A stretch of DNA of 62,050 bases, counting the filler, from Sphacelaria rigidula (lineage: Eukaryota), in NCBI GenBank assembly GCA_964200075.2. It is 4 parts of 4 records of this genome, joined end to end, with 100 filler letters (N's around TTAATTAATTAA, not from the genome) between each part and the next. Parts side by side here need not be neighbours in the genome. Positions count along the whole stretch, not along the records: positions 46,623 to 62,050 come from CAXNAA020001747.1; 3 more parts are not named here. One strand, written 5' to 3'. Below are positions 51,901 to 62,050 of this stretch, in pieces. Under the pieces are notes generated by a model. That model searched no databases, was not told where the DNA came from, and saw nothing but the letters and a program-made list of their open reading frames with translations. Position 1 is the first letter of the stretch; each line of letters opens with the position of its first letter. Position numbers and translations under genes: made by a program.

Positions 51901-54900
51901 CTCGCAGAAACCACTGTAGAAAAGTTTATGGGGTCGTGAATTGCTGCTAAAAACAGAGTTTTCAGTAGTGCTGAAGCTCGCCTACGATGCTCTTCAAAGA
52001 ACGCTTACAATTTATACGGGGTGGCTGGTCGCTTACCGCAGGTCGGATTTTTCTTACGATATTTTCAAAGATCTGGCGAGATACCCCCGGCGCTGAGGAC
52101 TGCTATCCTCTGGCAACCCAAGTCCTGGGCAAAGTTGCGCAAGATACTGCTAGCGCCACCAGGAGAGCGCATCGTCATGCCAGGTCCGTGTGGCCACGAG
52201 GTCCGACAGGCAGCTTTCTGCCGCTGTGAATCTTTCGCGAGGGAGCACGGCTGCGATGTAGGTGTGCCCCTCAATGTGCTTCTGACATCCTCGTTACCTA
52301 CAGACGACCACAAGAAGGTCATGTCTGGGGTGCACAGCTCCCACACAAGGGTTCCTCTCGATGTTTGTTATTCCCTCGTTGTTCACAGACGAAAACGGGA
52401 ACGTGATGCCTGGAACTGGTGACGTGGTGAGAGAGACAATAGGGCACGGCCAGGGCGGCTTGCGTGTGGAAGTATCGCTCAAGTATCGACGGCTGCTTGT
52501 ACAACAACTGGCGAAGGACTCACTTTTGTCGACGAAAGACTATGACGCCTTCAAGTGAGCTCTCGTCGACTACATGCCAAGGACCTGTAGCGCACACTGT
52601 TGCGGCAGACATGCATCTTTGACATTTTGAATGGTAGGTCGGTCGCGTGCGATACTTGTGGCAAAGGTTGTCGTAGCCTGCTCCTCACCGGACCCATGCC
52701 GTCAAGATTCAAGCAGCCTCTCCGCTCGGACATAATTAACCCTTTTTCCCAGGTGTTCTCCGCACCATGCTATATGTAAACGCGAACAAAATGACCGCTT
52801 TTGATCGAAAGCCCCTCCTTATGTGGACCTGATTTTCGTGTATCCTTGCGTCCTGACGTCTATCGTCTGGCAGAAAAGCCTTCACCGAATATCTCCGAGG
52901 TCAGCGGGAAAGAGACGCAGCTCAAAGGTGAGTGGGGAAACGCGACGTTTCGCGATCGACCACAGGAAATTTATCCGAACGGTGATCGTCATTCGTGCCG
53001 AAGAGTGCCAACCGCGTGCGGTGTAGGTTGTGTGTGCTTTCAGGGGAGTGTGCCGTACGCAGTCTTTTCTACGATTCGATCAACTGTGACGCTTCCTCAT
53101 CGTCACTACATCATTACTCCTTTATGTTTGGACAGCGAGGCGCGAGACGAAAGGGATGTCCCGACTGCCGTTCGACAACTTTGGGTGCTGGAGTCGCAGC
53201 TGAAAGGTCGTGACGTGGCAGGCAAGTGCCTGGGTGACCGGCGGGAAGGTGGCCTCTCCGTGCAAGAGCGGTTGGCGTTGGTGTTACAGGTACGGACTTT
53301 TGCTCGTTTTCCTGCCGAATCCTATATAGCAAGCAGCCTAGGACTTTCATGTGCGAGAGGCCTCGCCTCAACAGCTCAAACCCAAGTGGCATAAAATCGA
53401 GTGGGAGTTCAATATGTCGCCTTCATACGTTGCTCCGCATGCCCCACGTACTTTCTCGATTGTGGGTTGCAGGAGTACCTACCGCGGGCATTGATTCTCG
53501 AGCTGGGCATAGAGGATGGCAGCGATAGAAACTGCACACCGCCTACCGAGCAACGTGTTCCATCTTCAGGGAGCGCGGCCCGCAAGAATTCCGATAGCTT
53601 GTCGCCATATCAGGCGTGGTTCGCAAGGGCTGCCTACCTTCTCACGGCTGTTCTTCAAGAGTGGGAGCGGGCCTCGAGAGAGAGGTCAACTTTGTCCCCC
53701 AAAGGTTCTGAGGCACTCAATTCATACGATAAGCCCCCGTCGCCGGAGGAGGTGACAGAGACGATTCTCAATGGTGTCCACTGCTGTGTTGCAGCCATGG
53801 GTACATTATTAGGCGAGGATTGGCGCAATCCGATCGCTGCGTCACATCTAGCAGGTCAAAATAGCGCGACCACACCGTGCGATTCACGTGAAGAGCGAGA
53901 ACGACGTAGTGGCCGAGAAGGGAGCGATGAACAATTCTCGCCGGGAAACTCGTCGACGTCCGTTGTTCTTGATCGTGGTTTGCAGGCGTTTCGTTTGATT
54001 GGAGAAATTGTGTCGACCGTGGCCGGCGTGGAAACCATAGCCGAGGCGCTGGCTCGAAGAGCATTCTCCTTGCTAGGCAACCCGAGCAGGTATCAACAAA
54101 CTCTGTGTTTCGCAAGTGCCCATACTCGCGTGCTGATATGGCACGTGCTGAAAATTGACATCCAGTACGACACGTCACTACGTGGTGGGCCGCAGGAAGT
54201 CCCCCTATCTTTGCTCGACCCGCCTCGAGAGGATGGTCCTGTTCATGTGTAATTTTCACTCCCGAGAAGCGCAGACATCACCCATTCGATTCCATTGCTT
54301 ATGCCTGTCTCTGGTGTTGCCGCCCTGCCCGAGCAGACTGGACTCAAGGCAAATGTTGTCTCTGGCTCACATCGTCGCCAGCCTACCGCCCAGCTTTCAC
54401 TCAAGAGTGGAGTTACTTATGGAGAAGCTGGTGACGAAAGCTCTGGCGCACAGTCCTGGAGCAACATCACTGCAGAGCCCACGGCGGAGAGGAGACAACG
54501 ACAAGCTCCTGGCGACAGCTCACCTTGGAGCCCTGTACCTCAAATCCGTCCTTATCCTACATAGCCGTATCATCACTCGTGCGACGGACGAAACCTACCA
54601 TGCGACGTCGGAGGATGGTCAACGTGAAGCGATGAACAACGAAACTGGCGAATGTAGCTACACTCCAACGGTTCTGGGCCGGGAGACGACGGGCTGTACG
54701 CCCGCTGTCCTGCTGGATTTCTTGTGGTGGATGGAGCGGCGACTGCGTGTTGCGCAGGTGACATGTGTAGAACAGACATGCTCACCCGACGCGCATGCCC
54801 GGCCTGTCTATTTGTCGTTGCGGCAGCTTCTTGGAAGCGTGATGGAGCATCCGCTAGTTGAAGGGTCGTACAAAACTGCGGTTAGCGCGGCGAGGATCGC

Positions 54901-57289
54901 GATGCCCACCGTGGAACGCCTGCTCGCCATAGAGACCGCCGCCTCTGATGGGGGTTTATTTGAACCAGCCACAACGTTGGCTTTCCTGGAAAGCGTCACG
55001 CTCGGTCGGCTGTTAGAAGTGGCAGCCAAGGGCTGTGAAGATGGCGGCCGTGAAGATGTCGATGCTACGGCGATGCTCGGGTCAACAAGTACAAATTTGA
55101 CCACCTTGGGACGACCAGGCCCTGAAGCTGAAGCAAGCAGCCTTCTCGTGGAAGTGAGTAAAGTGTGGGGAGCATGTGTGAAGTGTTTATTTGAAGAGCC
55201 CCGCCTTCTTTGCGCTGCGTACAGGAGAGTTTTACGTCAGAGTTTTTGCCCTCATGCTTTCGGTGATCTCCGAAGTGGACAGAATCATGGAGGTGGGTAT
55301 GATGCCGATGGTCAAGGAGGGAAAGGAGCCGACTACCGTTGGGTGAATGATGTGCACCCTGCATGGAGGGAGGGTGGGGGGGACAGTACGCGACTTGGCG
55401 GCCAGGAGGAGCTGGGAAATCAACAGCTTCTCGACGCTATATTGCACGTTTTGAGGAAATTATGCGATTTGCAGGCGGTGTCCGACTTGACAGGACGAAG
55501 GAAGAAGGGATCCGCGTCTCTGAACGTAAAAGCCAACACGAGTGAAGCGGCGGCTGAGATTGGCAGAAGAAAGGCTGCAGTTTTCTTACAAGCTGCGCTG
55601 TCCTTGGCCAAAGAGACCCAAGCAATCAACACAGGTACAGAGGCGTCGGCACTTGTCCTAGTCGCTGAAATAGCGATACCAGCGATTGGCGCCACGGAAG
55701 GTCGGGAAGCAGCGACTACAGCTTTTCGACGTCTGTGGCAAGAATATTTTTGCCATTTTCGCCCCTTGGGGCCTGCGGCAGTTGCTAGCTTGTCGCGAAT
55801 AGCGTTCATGTGGTGCGAAGAGCCACACAACACTGAGGGTGGCGCTTGTGAGGGGAACAGTTATCCTGGAGTGGAATTACTTGAGGGTCTCCCGTTCTTG
55901 GCTGTTGAGATGGCTAGAGTATGGCCGAGACTCGCTGGTTTCCCATCTATGCTCTGCGTTCCTGGGAACGCGTTGGGCTGGTATGCCCCTCATGGCTGTG
56001 CTCTCTACCTCTCTTCTCTACATCGTGTAGGCAGAGAGTTTGTTCATAATATAGCAGACGGAAGTCTGCAACGTTCAGGGACCGGGAGCGGATCATGGAT
56101 CGGCGAGGTACTCTTGTCATCGACAGCCTCCGAACGAGCGACCGCCAGTAAGCCGTCGAACGGTAGCGCGAGTGTCAGGGGAGATGGTCGCATCCCTCTG
56201 GAGCCGTTGCAAAATGGAAGTTACGACACCAAAAAAAAGCAAGAGTCGAAGTCACAAGGTGGGCGCGACTGCCAAGCAGGAGAAAGTCAAGGGGATGACG
56301 AGCGAGTCACAGAAGGTGCAATGACAGCTCCTCATGATCGGCGTCGCGAAGCAGCTGCGGTAATGCCCCACGCCTGCGCAGAGCTTGCGCTTGATGTCAT
56401 CGATGCCGCGGCTACGATTTTGACCATCACGAGCAGGAAACGACCGCGCGAGGCACGGCATGCGAAGACAGTGCCAGATAAAAGAGCCAAATCGGAGGTA
56501 GACGCAAATCGGGCAGGTCTCGAATGCGCTGTCAAGTGTGGCAACAACACCCCCGGTGCCGTTTGTACGGGTACCAACAGCGGCATCTCCGCGTTGGAGC
56601 CATCTCGAGGCGACGCGATTTTCTGCCCGCCATCTTCTGCCGCCTGGACTAGTCAACTTCTCAAACCGCTGTATGGGTCAGTCGATGAGCAGGTACCTTT
56701 GGTGCGTTCTCCTCTTGGAATCCTTCTCGTTGCGCTCATCAAATCTCTGGGAAATCGAAATACTCGCAACGTTGACCCTGTTGGTGACGGTGAAGCAAGC
56801 AGTGTCGGGCTTCGCAACGACGACTGTGAGGAAACAGCCCACATGTGGGCAGTGTCACTTGTTGTGGCAATCCTCGGGTTTGTGCCGTCACTTTTTCTTC
56901 GCTTTCTAGAGGCTCCGTGCCTCCAACCGACGGCAGCTGCACCGCGTGCGGAGTGGAGTATGGGGCGTTCACTCGCCGTGTTGGAGTGCTTGAGGCTAGT
57001 TCACAAGGAGAAAGTGGTTTTTGCCTCGGTACGACGTAAAATTGGCACAGAAGCGTGGCTAACTGGCGTATTGTCTCACTACAGTGTCGTGTGGCACAGC
57101 ATATCTGACACACGCAGTGATGCTACGGAGGCAGACTTGGCGTTGAAGCCAAAAGTTCGACACGTTTGGGAGGAGGTCGTTGCGTTTGTCCACAAGCAAC
57201 TGGGGGACGTTCCTCCCAAGGAGGTTCGGCGAATTCCTGTCGCAATTATGCTTCAGGATGTTGATCCTTTGCTGAAGCAATATTTTTGA
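48225..57289 (+). CDS. FANCA: Multi-exon FANCA-like protein (Fanconi anaemia group A), ~11 exons, about 2000 aa
   Basis: Exons: 48225-48952 (start uncertain), 49288-49586, ~49840-50094 (frame/junctions uncertain), ~50488-50844, 51026-51153, 51500-51686, 52042-52183, 52389-52554, 53136-53289, 53473-54089, 54337-57289. GT-AG junctions from 50844 onward all keep phase. The spliced core has five collinear FANCA-like motifs (see findings). Confidence 0.75.
53473..54089 (+). CDS. FANCA-like gene, penultimate exon
   Basis: Acceptor ttgcag|GAGTAC in phase with the donor at 53289; donor AG|gtatca. Confidence 0.8.
54337..57289 (+). CDS. FANCA-like gene, ~2.95-kb terminal exon (helical, Leu/Ala-rich)
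   Basis: Part of the 1044-codon ORF 54155-57289; acceptor gagcag|ACTG is in phase 2 with the previous donor; TGA stop. Confidence 0.88.
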
Positions 57290-57576
57290 AGCCTACCCAT
57301 CTGCGCAGTATCCGAACATGTCTCTTGTCCAATTGTTGGCTGTCGGCACTGTGTTGTGAATGGCACCACACCTCAAAGCACGAGTCTTTATGCAGCAAAT
57401 TTCACTCAAATGCGAAGTGACCCCTCGTTGGTACTCACGCGGTCTTGGCGCACGAGTGAGACCATTCATTCTGTGGATATCACCTCAGATGGAGGGTAAA
57501 TCGCCACAAGTGTCCGTCGAGATCTCATCACCATTTTTTCACGTTGGCGACACCATTGAGATGACTGCATGCTTGA

Positions 57577-57910
57577 GCCGGTCGCCCCGGTGGCTCAGTT
57601 GGTCACCTCGAAACCCTCTGACTGTTGGGTCGTGGGTTCGAATCTCGGAGCGATCTGGGATTTTCTCTCACACCATGCCCAACAGTGAAGAGCGACTATG
57701 TCGTGGGTACACAAAAATCGTCTCAACGGTCGACGAGGGAAAGAGACCGATGTATCCCTTTCGCAATGAACAATAAAGGCAAGCCCCGCAAAAGGAAGGT
57801 GGAGTACTAGAAACAAACTCGAAAAAACTACTGTTAACTTTCCTCCTGTGTGACCCCGGCTGGTGCGCCCACATATATATACCGAAAGGTCTATACCGGC
57901 GTCCAGAGGA
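57577..57910 (+). mobile_element. tRNA-derived SINE-like element, family A
   Basis: Pol III A-box TGGCTCAGTTGG (57591) and B-box GGTTCGAATC (57635); head repeated at 61486-61623 (-) and body at 59290-59505 (-). Confidence 0.8.
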
Positions 57911-58039
57911 GATGGGACGACAACACACACACACGCTTGATGCGCGAAAGGTCCCGAGTTCGTATCTCAGCCCCGATTAATGCGACAAGAAGAAAATCCC
58001 TCAGGAAGATTCATGAGGCGGGGGTGATGATGTTGGTCA

Positions 58040-58360
58040 TGCTTTTTTGTCTTTTAACTCCATCCCGTCCCTTGTGACGAGTTCGTGGTCTCGAGGGATT
58101 TTCCCATCTCTCCCTCGGTACACGCCTTACACTGTAGTGTCGTAGATTAGATCAGCACTTCCGCACCTTGTCCACTTTCGCCAAACGAACTCTATGCCAA
58201 CTGAACTGTTTTTGCTACTCACGCCCTCAGGCTTCAACGACCGGAATCAGACTCTTGATCGAAAAGTCCGAAATAATTTCACGTGGCGAAAGTCGATCGA
58301 ACCCACATTTTCCCGATCTATAAAAATGGTGGCAATTGCACCATTAGACTACCGGGGGTG
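58040..58360 (-). mobile_element. tRNA-derived SINE-like element, family B
   Basis: Minus strand cccccggTAGTCTAATGG (A-box, 58341-58351) and GGTTCGATC (B-box, 58295-58303); no clean cloverleaf; 3' boundary approximate. Confidence 0.55.
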
Positions 58361-59289
58361 ATCTTGATACCATCACATAGTGGAAGATTCCCGCAACTGA
58401 CTGTTCGGGTCCCATCACCTTGGCACGATTGATCATATTGCTAACAGTACATCGAGGTGCACTTGGGTCATGATGAGCAATCTTACCCCAGGCGCAACCT
58501 ACCATAGGCACCAGGCCCTGAACGGCCGCGGAAATTCGTAGTACGAGCTAGGGTTCGTGTATAGAAAAAAAGTAAAGCGGATGATATTCATCGATGCTCC
58601 GGGAAGAAAGCACGATGGCGAGAAAAGGGTTCAGTCTGCTACACCGAACAACACATCGCGTTTGCTTTCTTTCTACTGATGATGAAGATTCCTCAAGAAA
58701 AGCGAAGAAAACAACCCGGACTGTTCTTCACACAGCTCCAAATTTAACAACCTCTTCGCTAGATTAAATGTTGAGCATTTGATTGATTGTGGGCTTGTAA
58801 TAGGAAGGCATTTTTACGTTTTGTATCAATCAATGAATGGGTGGGACAAAAACATGTCTGAATGTCAGTCGCAAATGATGTCGATTCAGGAGAGATCACC
58901 TACCCTAGCGGTCAAAGGGTTAATGTGAGTGACGTTGCGGGGCACTCTTGAATTTGGAATCATTGTCGGAGTACTAATATGGAACAATAATACGTTTTGT
59001 TGAACGGACATTGAAAAGAGAATGACGATATCACCCATCGGAATATTCCTTACACTACTGCGCCATCATAAGTTCAGCTGGTGCCGACTATACCTCGCAT
59101 ATAATAACATTCATTCTGAAAGTGTTTTCCCGATTGATACGTTTTATTGAACATTGCCGAGCGGAACACTAGTACGTGTGTACGTGGATGAATTCGGATA
59201 CATGCGGGGCAGATTGATGGTATATCATGGGTACCGGATATCGTGTGCGGTATCGGATCGTGCTATGACCGGATGTATGACATATATAT

Positions 59290-59505
59290 TCTGGACGCTA
59301 GTCTACACCTTCCTTTGGTATATGTGGGCGCATCAGCCGGAGTCACGCACAGGAGGAAGGTCAACACACGGGAGTGTTTTTTTCAATTATGTTTTACAAC
59401 CCCAGTTTCCTCCTTCGGTGCTTGTCTTTCTTTTATCGCGAGGAGGGTCCACCGGTTCCTTTCCATCGTCGACAGTAGTTAAAGCTCAATTTTTTGTAGA
59501 GCACA
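59290..59505 (-). mobile_element. 3' body fragment of SINE-like family A
   Basis: Reverse complement matches 57705-57907 (tcgacga.ggaaag...ttcctcctgtg.gtgac.ccggctg.tgcgcccacatata...gcgtccaga). Confidence 0.75.
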
Positions 59506-60896
59506 TTAATTATCCTCATCTATCTGTTGATGAGTTACCGAAAACGACAACCGCGAATAAGTATAACTTATGATCACTGCTTGAAGAGCGGTGGTTTATT
59601 TCTTCTCCTCAAAACGTGGCACAACTCATGATGGCCCCAGAGTCTTCTACACCAAATGATGAGTGATGCTCTCAACTGTTGCAAGTCTAGTGTCGCTTGG
59701 AACACTTGCACGACGGTACATTTCTACCGCGGGTCTGAAATCATACGAAAATGTAAGCAAGAAAAATGCGGCAATATCCCTGCTGCTGTTGTGGTGCGAC
59801 TCGGTGCATCAACGCACACCACGCTTCTTCACGACATCCAGACCGTTCCTTAGCAATGAAAAGTGTTCTAATCTATTTATGGGTATCCATTCCATGTGCT
59901 CATAGTTTTTCTGGTTGTTGTGGGTTGCCCTGTCTGACGAGATCAGGATCTCAAACTGCGCGTCGGGGCGAGGTCAGCTCATTGCCGTCTAGCGTCAGCT
60001 TGGTGCCATCTCGGCGTGGCTGGCAGCGTAGGGAGCGAATGAGGAGAGTACTGATGGGCAATGAGGAGGTGCGTGTACCTTCATCCGAGAAACTCACATA
60101 CTGTGTCACTGAATTGTGCTCAGCCGCAGCAGATCTAGTGGATTCATAACTTTTCATGTATATTATGGTGTCGTAGTTGATGTGGGGCTACGCTGGGTGC
60201 TGTATTGTGGTGTTGTACTGGTACAGCAGTATTGAGACCGCACTGTACTGTTTTGTTGTTCTCACGGCACACGATCTGATGTTCTTATCTGCGGCACTAT
60301 ACTGCCCCGCTGGTGCCGTCAGAAAACGAGCGCGGGGTAACATCTGTGGACTCATCCACTGTACTGCTGTTGCTCACACGTCTATGTCAGTGTTCAACAT
60401 TTTTTAGTGTCACGTTTTTTACCACCCCTCTGAAGGAGTCAGCAGACTCGATTAACCCTTTTGGGACCGACCCCTCACTAACACAGGGTTGACCTTGTGT
60501 TAGTGAAGTAATAAAAAATAAGTCTTCGAGCGACCTGCCCAATCACGGCCAGGCGAAATTTGTCGACCAGACCCGAACGACCAGTGCTTGGGTTGTTGGC
60601 GAGTATGATGCCACTGAAAAGATCGTGTGGGCTATCCCTGGCCCAGATAAGCCTTCGCAGGTTTCCAAGCGCAGGGCGGTCGGAACTTGGTTATATGATA
60701 TGACTTGCACTCAGTATACCGTTCACGAGTTTTCCGGTGGGTTTTTTGGGTCTCAATTCCCTAATAAAACCTAGTAATTTACACTCACACAGGGTCGACC
60801 GGAAAAGCCGGCAAGGAGTGTACATGCTACCATGTGGTCATTTTCACCACGCCCTAAAACCAGGTGGGCTGTGGAAAGACAAAAGGATCTACTGTC

Positions 60897-61063
60897 ATGA
60901 GTTCTGCTTATCCCTCTGGCGATGACTTGCAGGGTGCAGTGAACAACTACGTGGTGGATGGGGATCAAGAAGCTGTATATAGGCAGTTGATCACGGTAGC
61001 CGAAAATTGCCCAGAACATGCAAGGGTGAATGCAGCGGCAGCTCTGCTTCAGTCGGAGAGGGG
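60897..61063 (+). CDS. Possible coding exon or decayed ORF, unknown product
   Basis: MSSAYPSGDDLQGAVNNYVVDGDQEAVYRQLITVAENCPEHARVNAAAALLQSERG reads like natural protein; no family recognised and no partner exons found. Confidence 0.25.
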
Positions 61064-61485
61064 TACTACACTGTACTGTATACTATACTGCAACGTTGAT
61101 TCCCTTCGAAGAGAATTTGCCGCATGCAACAAGGGGGGAAATGGCGGCCCACCCCGACACCGAAGGGCTGTGTGGCAAGGTGATAGGGACAATAGTATCA
61201 TCCAAAGCCGCAAGTGGCGGGCGGCCCGCCGGTCGCCGCATCCTGTTGGAAACTAGCTCTTTACCACGACTCATACTGCTACATCAGATGTACACCACCG
61301 AATACGCACCCTAGCACCTGAAAATAGTTCGGGTGAAACTTTCGGTCTTCGTCATAACCCTGCGGTTACATACGCGGATTGTCGGCAACACGCCACTGTT
61401 TTGTGCGGACGCCAGACACGTCATTCTTGACCAGCCTACTTGGTCGTTCTGGAGGCCCAGTCCCGAAAGGTTCAAGTCAAATCTC

Positions 61486-61623
61486 TGTGTACCCACGACA
61501 TAGTCGCTCTCCACTGGTGGGAATCATGTGAGAAAAAATCTCAGATCGCTCCAAAATTTGAACCAACGATCCAACCATCAGAAGGCTTCGAGGTTACCAA
61601 CTGAGCCATCGGGGCGACCGGCC
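61486..61623 (-). mobile_element. tRNA-derived SINE-like family A, head copy
   Basis: Reverse complement gccggtcgccccgatggctcagttggtaacctcgaa...ggttcaaat...gagcgactatgtcgtgggtacaca matches 57577-57713. Confidence 0.8.
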
Positions 61624-61985
61624 TCACGATGAAAAAAGCGCGCAAGTAAGAATATGAGGGGCAACGGTTGCTATGGTATGCATGAATCACCGAGGTAAGG
61701 TGATCATGAAACAAAAAACACGCCGTACAAGTTCAAAATAATGAATGAAAGGTTTCACCGCCAAAGCCTGAACGAGAACAGTAGTCACGAGGGTGGCAAA
61801 GGAAAACGGGAACATCTCAACAGACTCTGATCCGTCCGTTCATGGACTTCGTGCAGAGGATTCCATCATGTCGAGGCGACGCTTTTCAAAACACGCTCGA
61901 ATGGCAGAACTTGACAGCACAAAGGGCGAGAATTTCTTCTTCAATTCAACACACTCGCTGTGGGGGTGGTGTAGCTGTTTCTGCA

Positions 61986-62050
61986 GGGGGGGGGGGGGCG
62001 TACTCATTTGTTGCTTGCCTTAGTCATTTGACCACTGACCACGCATCCCT
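61986..62050 (+). repeat. Head of polyG-terminated repeat family at window end
   Basis: G-run followed by cgtactcatttgttgcttgccttagtcatttgaccactgaccacgcatccct. Confidence 0.85.

Noticed and set aside
57585-57660. Possible tRNA gene
   Set aside because: A and B boxes are present but the acceptor and anticodon stems do not form, and homology to another copy extends well past the head, as in a SINE.

Overview
Eukaryotic, intron-rich and repeat-rich genomic DNA, most likely a brown alga (Phaeophyceae, Ectocarpus/kelp-like). This is inferred from roughly balanced GC, very long TE-filled introns and stramenopile-style proteins. The window is not one locus: three identical 100-nt linkers (44 N + TTAATTAATTAA + 44 N) join four contigs of about 15.44 kb each, apparently sorted by size. 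Contig 1 (1-15443): MITEs, foldbacks, a fossil LTR-retrotransposon integrase and one probable terminal exon of an unknown gene. Contig 2 (15544-30983): fossil Gypsy and Copia pieces and a ~570-bp inverted-duplication hairpin. Contig 3 (31084-46522): the first exon of NOT4/CNOT4, divergent from a complete 3-exon SEC13 with a 9.8-kb TE-filled intron. Contig 4 (46623-62050): a ~11-exon gene of roughly 2000 aa whose spliced core matches, motif after motif, the conserved N-terminal region of Fanconi anaemia core-complex protein FANCA, followed by tRNA-derived SINE-like elements. The FANCA-like gene is the most notable result. All homology calls come from recalled motifs, not database searches.
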